Below are positions 35,268 to 37,794 of a stretch of 37,794 nt of DNA, piece after piece. Every line of letters begins with the position of its first letter. Position 1 is the stretch's first letter. Position numbers and translations under genes: made by a program. The DNA is from Planctomycetota bacterium (GTDB taxonomy: Bacteria; Planctomycetota; SZUA-567; H5-PLA8): contig BTVV01000055.1 in assembly GCA_045863855.1 (NCBI GenBank), positions 1 through 37,794 of the forward strand. Reading direction: 5' to 3'. The notes below the pieces were generated by a model. The model was not told where the DNA came from. It was given only the letters and a program-made list of their open reading frames with translations, and did not search any database.

Positions 35268-37793
35268 TCACACTTCGCCGCGCCCGTCGGTCTTGCCGTC
35301 GCTGATGTAGTTCGCGATCAGATCGTAGGTCAGCGCCACGCGCGCGTGCGTGCGGCCGTGGCGGGCTTTGAGGACTTCGATATCCAGCGCCACCGAGCGC
35401 AGCGCGCTGGGCGCGCTCCAGCGCCCCGCTTGCATCAGTTCGGCCGAATCGACCGCCGTCGCGCCGGGTTCCAGCAGCGCCGCGCCCAGCTTGGCCGCGC
35501 CGTTGCGCCGCGAACGGGCCTTCCCGCCGCTCGCCGTGCCCAGCACCGGCCCGCCCGTCCAGGCCGAACGCCCGCCCAGCGGCGGGACGCTGTAGCCGCC
35601 GAACGAACCCGCGCCGTTGCCGCCTTCGTCGAACGGCAACGCTTCCGCCGCCGCCTGATGATGGTTGTACAGCCCGTAAACGGTCGTCGCGTCCTGCTCG
35701 AGGTCGCCGGCTTCGCGCAACTGCCAGAGCCGCGGGCGATCGGTGCGGTTGGCCGTCTCGCTGACGCGGTTGAGCTGCGCCGCCGCGATCACCGGCACGC
35801 CCGTCTCTTGCGCCAGCGCCTGCAGCGCGCGCGAAACGTAGCCCACCTCGCGCTGGCGCGTATCCATCGCGCGCCCTTTGGAGCGGTCGGGCCGGATCTG
35901 CTGGATGTAATCGACCAGCACCGCGCCCAGCGGGCCGTCGGACGAGATCGCTTTTGCCGCGCGGCACAACTCGCCCGCCGTCAGCGCGCGGTCGACGATA
36001 AAGAGCCGCTTCTCGATCTGCTGCGCGTCCAGCCAGCGCAGCGAAGCCTGGGCCTGCTCGAGCAGTTCCCGCGCTTCGGGATGCGCCGGATCGACCTCGC
36101 CGCGCAGCGCGTCCTCGACCTCGCGCAGCGCGTAGCGCCGCGTCACGCGGCTGACCAACTGGCTCATGAGCTGTTCGCGCGGGCCGTCGTAGCTGAAATA
36201 AACGAAGCGCCGCTCGGGGTAGCGCTTCAGCCAGTGCACGACCAAGTTAAGCAGAAACGTAGTCTTGCCGTGGCTGGGGCGCGCGGCGACGAGCGTGATG
36301 CGGCCGGGGTGAATCGCCGCGGCTTCGTCGAGCTTCCGGAAGGGCGTCTCCAGAAAATCGGGCCGTTCCAGCACCGCCGCGCGGTACGCCGCGAGACTCA
36401 CCGGCGCCAGCACGTCCTTGCCCGCGTCGCTGTCCCGCAGCGCCGCGGCCCGTTCGAGCCCCTCGCGCAACGAAGCTTCGACGCGCGTAAGCGCCTCCGC
36501 ATCCGGCGCGGCGCTGCCGCGCGGGCCCAGTTCGGCTTGAACGTCCAGCGCCGCGCGCTGCAGCAGTTCCGCGCGCCGCCGCTGCGCCGCCTGTTTGCGA
36601 AACGGCTCCAACGCCGCCGCCAGCGCGGCTTCGTCGAGCGCCAGCTCCGCCGCCAGTATCCGCAGCAACTCGCCCAAAAACAGCGCCCGCGCCGGCCGCG
36701 CCGCTTCGCGTTCGACGATCTCGGCCAGTTCCGCCCAGACCGCCGAACCGTTCGAAACGCTTAAGCGCGCGCGCTCCGGCCCCAGCAGCAGCGCCGCGCG
36801 AAACTCCGCCTCGCTCTGCGTCCGCTCCGCCAGCAGCGCTTCCCACACCGCCAGGCCGTGCCGGGTCAGCACCTCGTCCGGGTCTTTGCAGCCCAGCTCC
36901 TCGGGAATCCGCAGCACGCGCGGGAAGAACGTGCCCGCCTCGGCGAGCCGCTCCAGCGTCTCCAGCGTGCCGCGCGCGCCCGCGCCCGGCGCGCCGTCCG
37001 TTCCGCGGTCGGCGTCGAAGCACAGAATCAGTTCCCGCACACCGGCCGCCTGCAGGGCTTCGACCTGCGCGCGGTTGAGCCGATTGGTTCCGGTGGCGAC
37101 CAGTTGGGCCGAAAGCGGATTTTGGATTTTCGGTTTTGAACTTTCGATGGAGGGAGCGCCCTGTCCTTCGCCCAACTCTGCCCACGCTTGCCCCAGCGCG
37201 GCGTCGAGGAACCCTTCCACCACCACCACCGGCTTGCGGCGGTCGACCGAACGCAGGAAGGCCGGCGCGTCGAGGGTCAGGCCCTTCGGGTAGCGGTATT
37301 TCGGCGCGTCGCCGGGCAGTTCGTCCGCCGGAAGCGTCGCGCGCGCGATCAGGCTTTGCAGTTCGGGGTAGGGAATCGCGAGCGTATAGATCCGCGCGCC
37401 GGCGCCGTTGCGCCGGTCGAAGGCCGGATCGAGAAACGCCAGGCTGCGCAAGTCCTCCTCGTCCGCTCCGCCCTGCAGCAGAAACGCGCGCGTCTCGGCC
37501 GCGGGCGGGAGGTAGGCGAGCCCCATCGCGCGCGCGAGAGGCTCGCCGTACCCGCGCGCCGCCAGCAGAGCGACGGTGCGGGCCGCTTCGCTCTGGGGGT
37601 GACACGCTTCCGCCCACAACCGTTCGCCGGCCCACGTCCAAAACCGCTCGCACAGCCCCGCCCGGCGTTCGCGCCGCTTCCAGCTTTCCGCCGCGGTCTG
37701 GGGATCGACGCCGCGCCGCGTCAGCTCCACCCCGGCCCGCTCGGCCAGCGTGCGCAGAATCTCCGGCTCGGGAATCCCCTCCAGCGTGCGCAG
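35268..37793 (-). CDS. DnaG-type primase (TOPRIM) fused to a DnaB-type helicase; 5' end truncated by the window edge
   Basis: Frame open to the edge (LEGIPEPEILRTLAERAGVEL, DnaG ZBD tail-like); PKY, VEGFLD, CFDAD, KDPDE; ARPSHGKT, VDYIQ, AQLNR, LREAGDLEQDA, KARHG. Confidence 0.9.
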   Translation of the reverse strand: MRTLEGIPEPEILRTLAERAGVELTRRGVDPQTAAESWKRRERRAGLCERFWTWAGERLWAEACHPQSEAARTVALLAARGYGEPLARAMGLAYLPPAAETRAFLLQGGADEEDLRSLAFLDPAFDRRNGAGARIYTLAIPYPELQSLIARATLPADELPGDAPKYRYPKGLTLDAPAFLRSVDRRKPVVVVEGFLDAALGQAWAELGEGQGAPSIESSKPKIQNPLSAQLVATGTNRLNRAQVEALQAAGVRELILCFDADRGTDGAPGAGARGTLETLERLAEAGTFFPRVLRIPEELGCKDPDEVLTRHGLAVWEALLAERTQSEAEFRAALLLGPERARLSVSNGSAVWAELAEIVEREAARPARALFLGELLRILAAELALDEAALAAALEPFRKQAAQRRRAELLQRAALDVQAELGPRGSAAPDAEALTRVEASLREGLERAAALRDSDAGKDVLAPVSLAAYRAAVLERPDFLETPFRKLDEAAAIHPGRITLVAARPSHGKTTFLLNLVVHWLKRYPERRFVYFSYDGPREQLMSQLVSRVTRRYALREVEDALRGEVDPAHPEARELLEQAQASLRWLDAQQIEKRLFIVDRALTAGELCRAAKAISSDGPLGAVLVDYIQQIRPDRSKGRAMDTRQREVGYVSRALQALAQETGVPVIAAAQLNRVSETANRTDRPRLWQLREAGDLEQDATTVYGLYNHHQAAAEALPFDEGGNGAGSFGGYSVPPLGGRSAWTGGPVLGTASGGKARSRRNGAAKLGAALLEPGATAVDSAELMQAGRWSAPSALRSVALDIEVLKARHGRTHARVALTYDLIANYISDGKTDGRGEV
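37115..37149. repeat. Five AT-rich heptamers inside the primase-helicase ORF
   Basis: gcggatt ttggatt ttcggtt ttgaact ttcgatg (encodes ...IESSKPKIQNP...). Confidence 0.6.
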
Positions 37794-37794
37794 G

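Overview
High-GC (about 65-70%) bacterial DNA. Protein motifs such as the QFSL-type membrane protein and the 'DLIVFHDGRELEG' secreted domain suggest Planctomycetota (inference). About 31 CDSs are supported, mostly carbohydrate, envelope, stress and translation-rescue genes (heparinase-like lyase, rfbB, ugd, MscS, ferritin-like, arfB + ABC-F, M29 aminopeptidase). No tRNA, rRNA, CRISPR, integrase or transposase is visible. The main signals are: (1) a 28-bp XerCD dif-like site at 29358-29385, with spot counts suggesting the + strand changes from G-rich to C-rich across it, i.e. a probable replication terminus; (2) a plasmid-type replication/partition toolkit scattered among ordinary genes on both sides of that site: an orphan ParA with an RHH partner preceded by a 5-bp-periodic array, a Rep-like protein with a C-terminal XRE HTH, and a DnaG-DnaB primase-helicase fusion. 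Smaller signals include a CTAG-flanked MITE, several REP-like families, a 28-aa uORF ahead of the ABC-F gene, several apparently leaderless genes, a Cys-less peroxiredoxin-like protein and an orphan CheR. All calls were made by eye; no searches were run.
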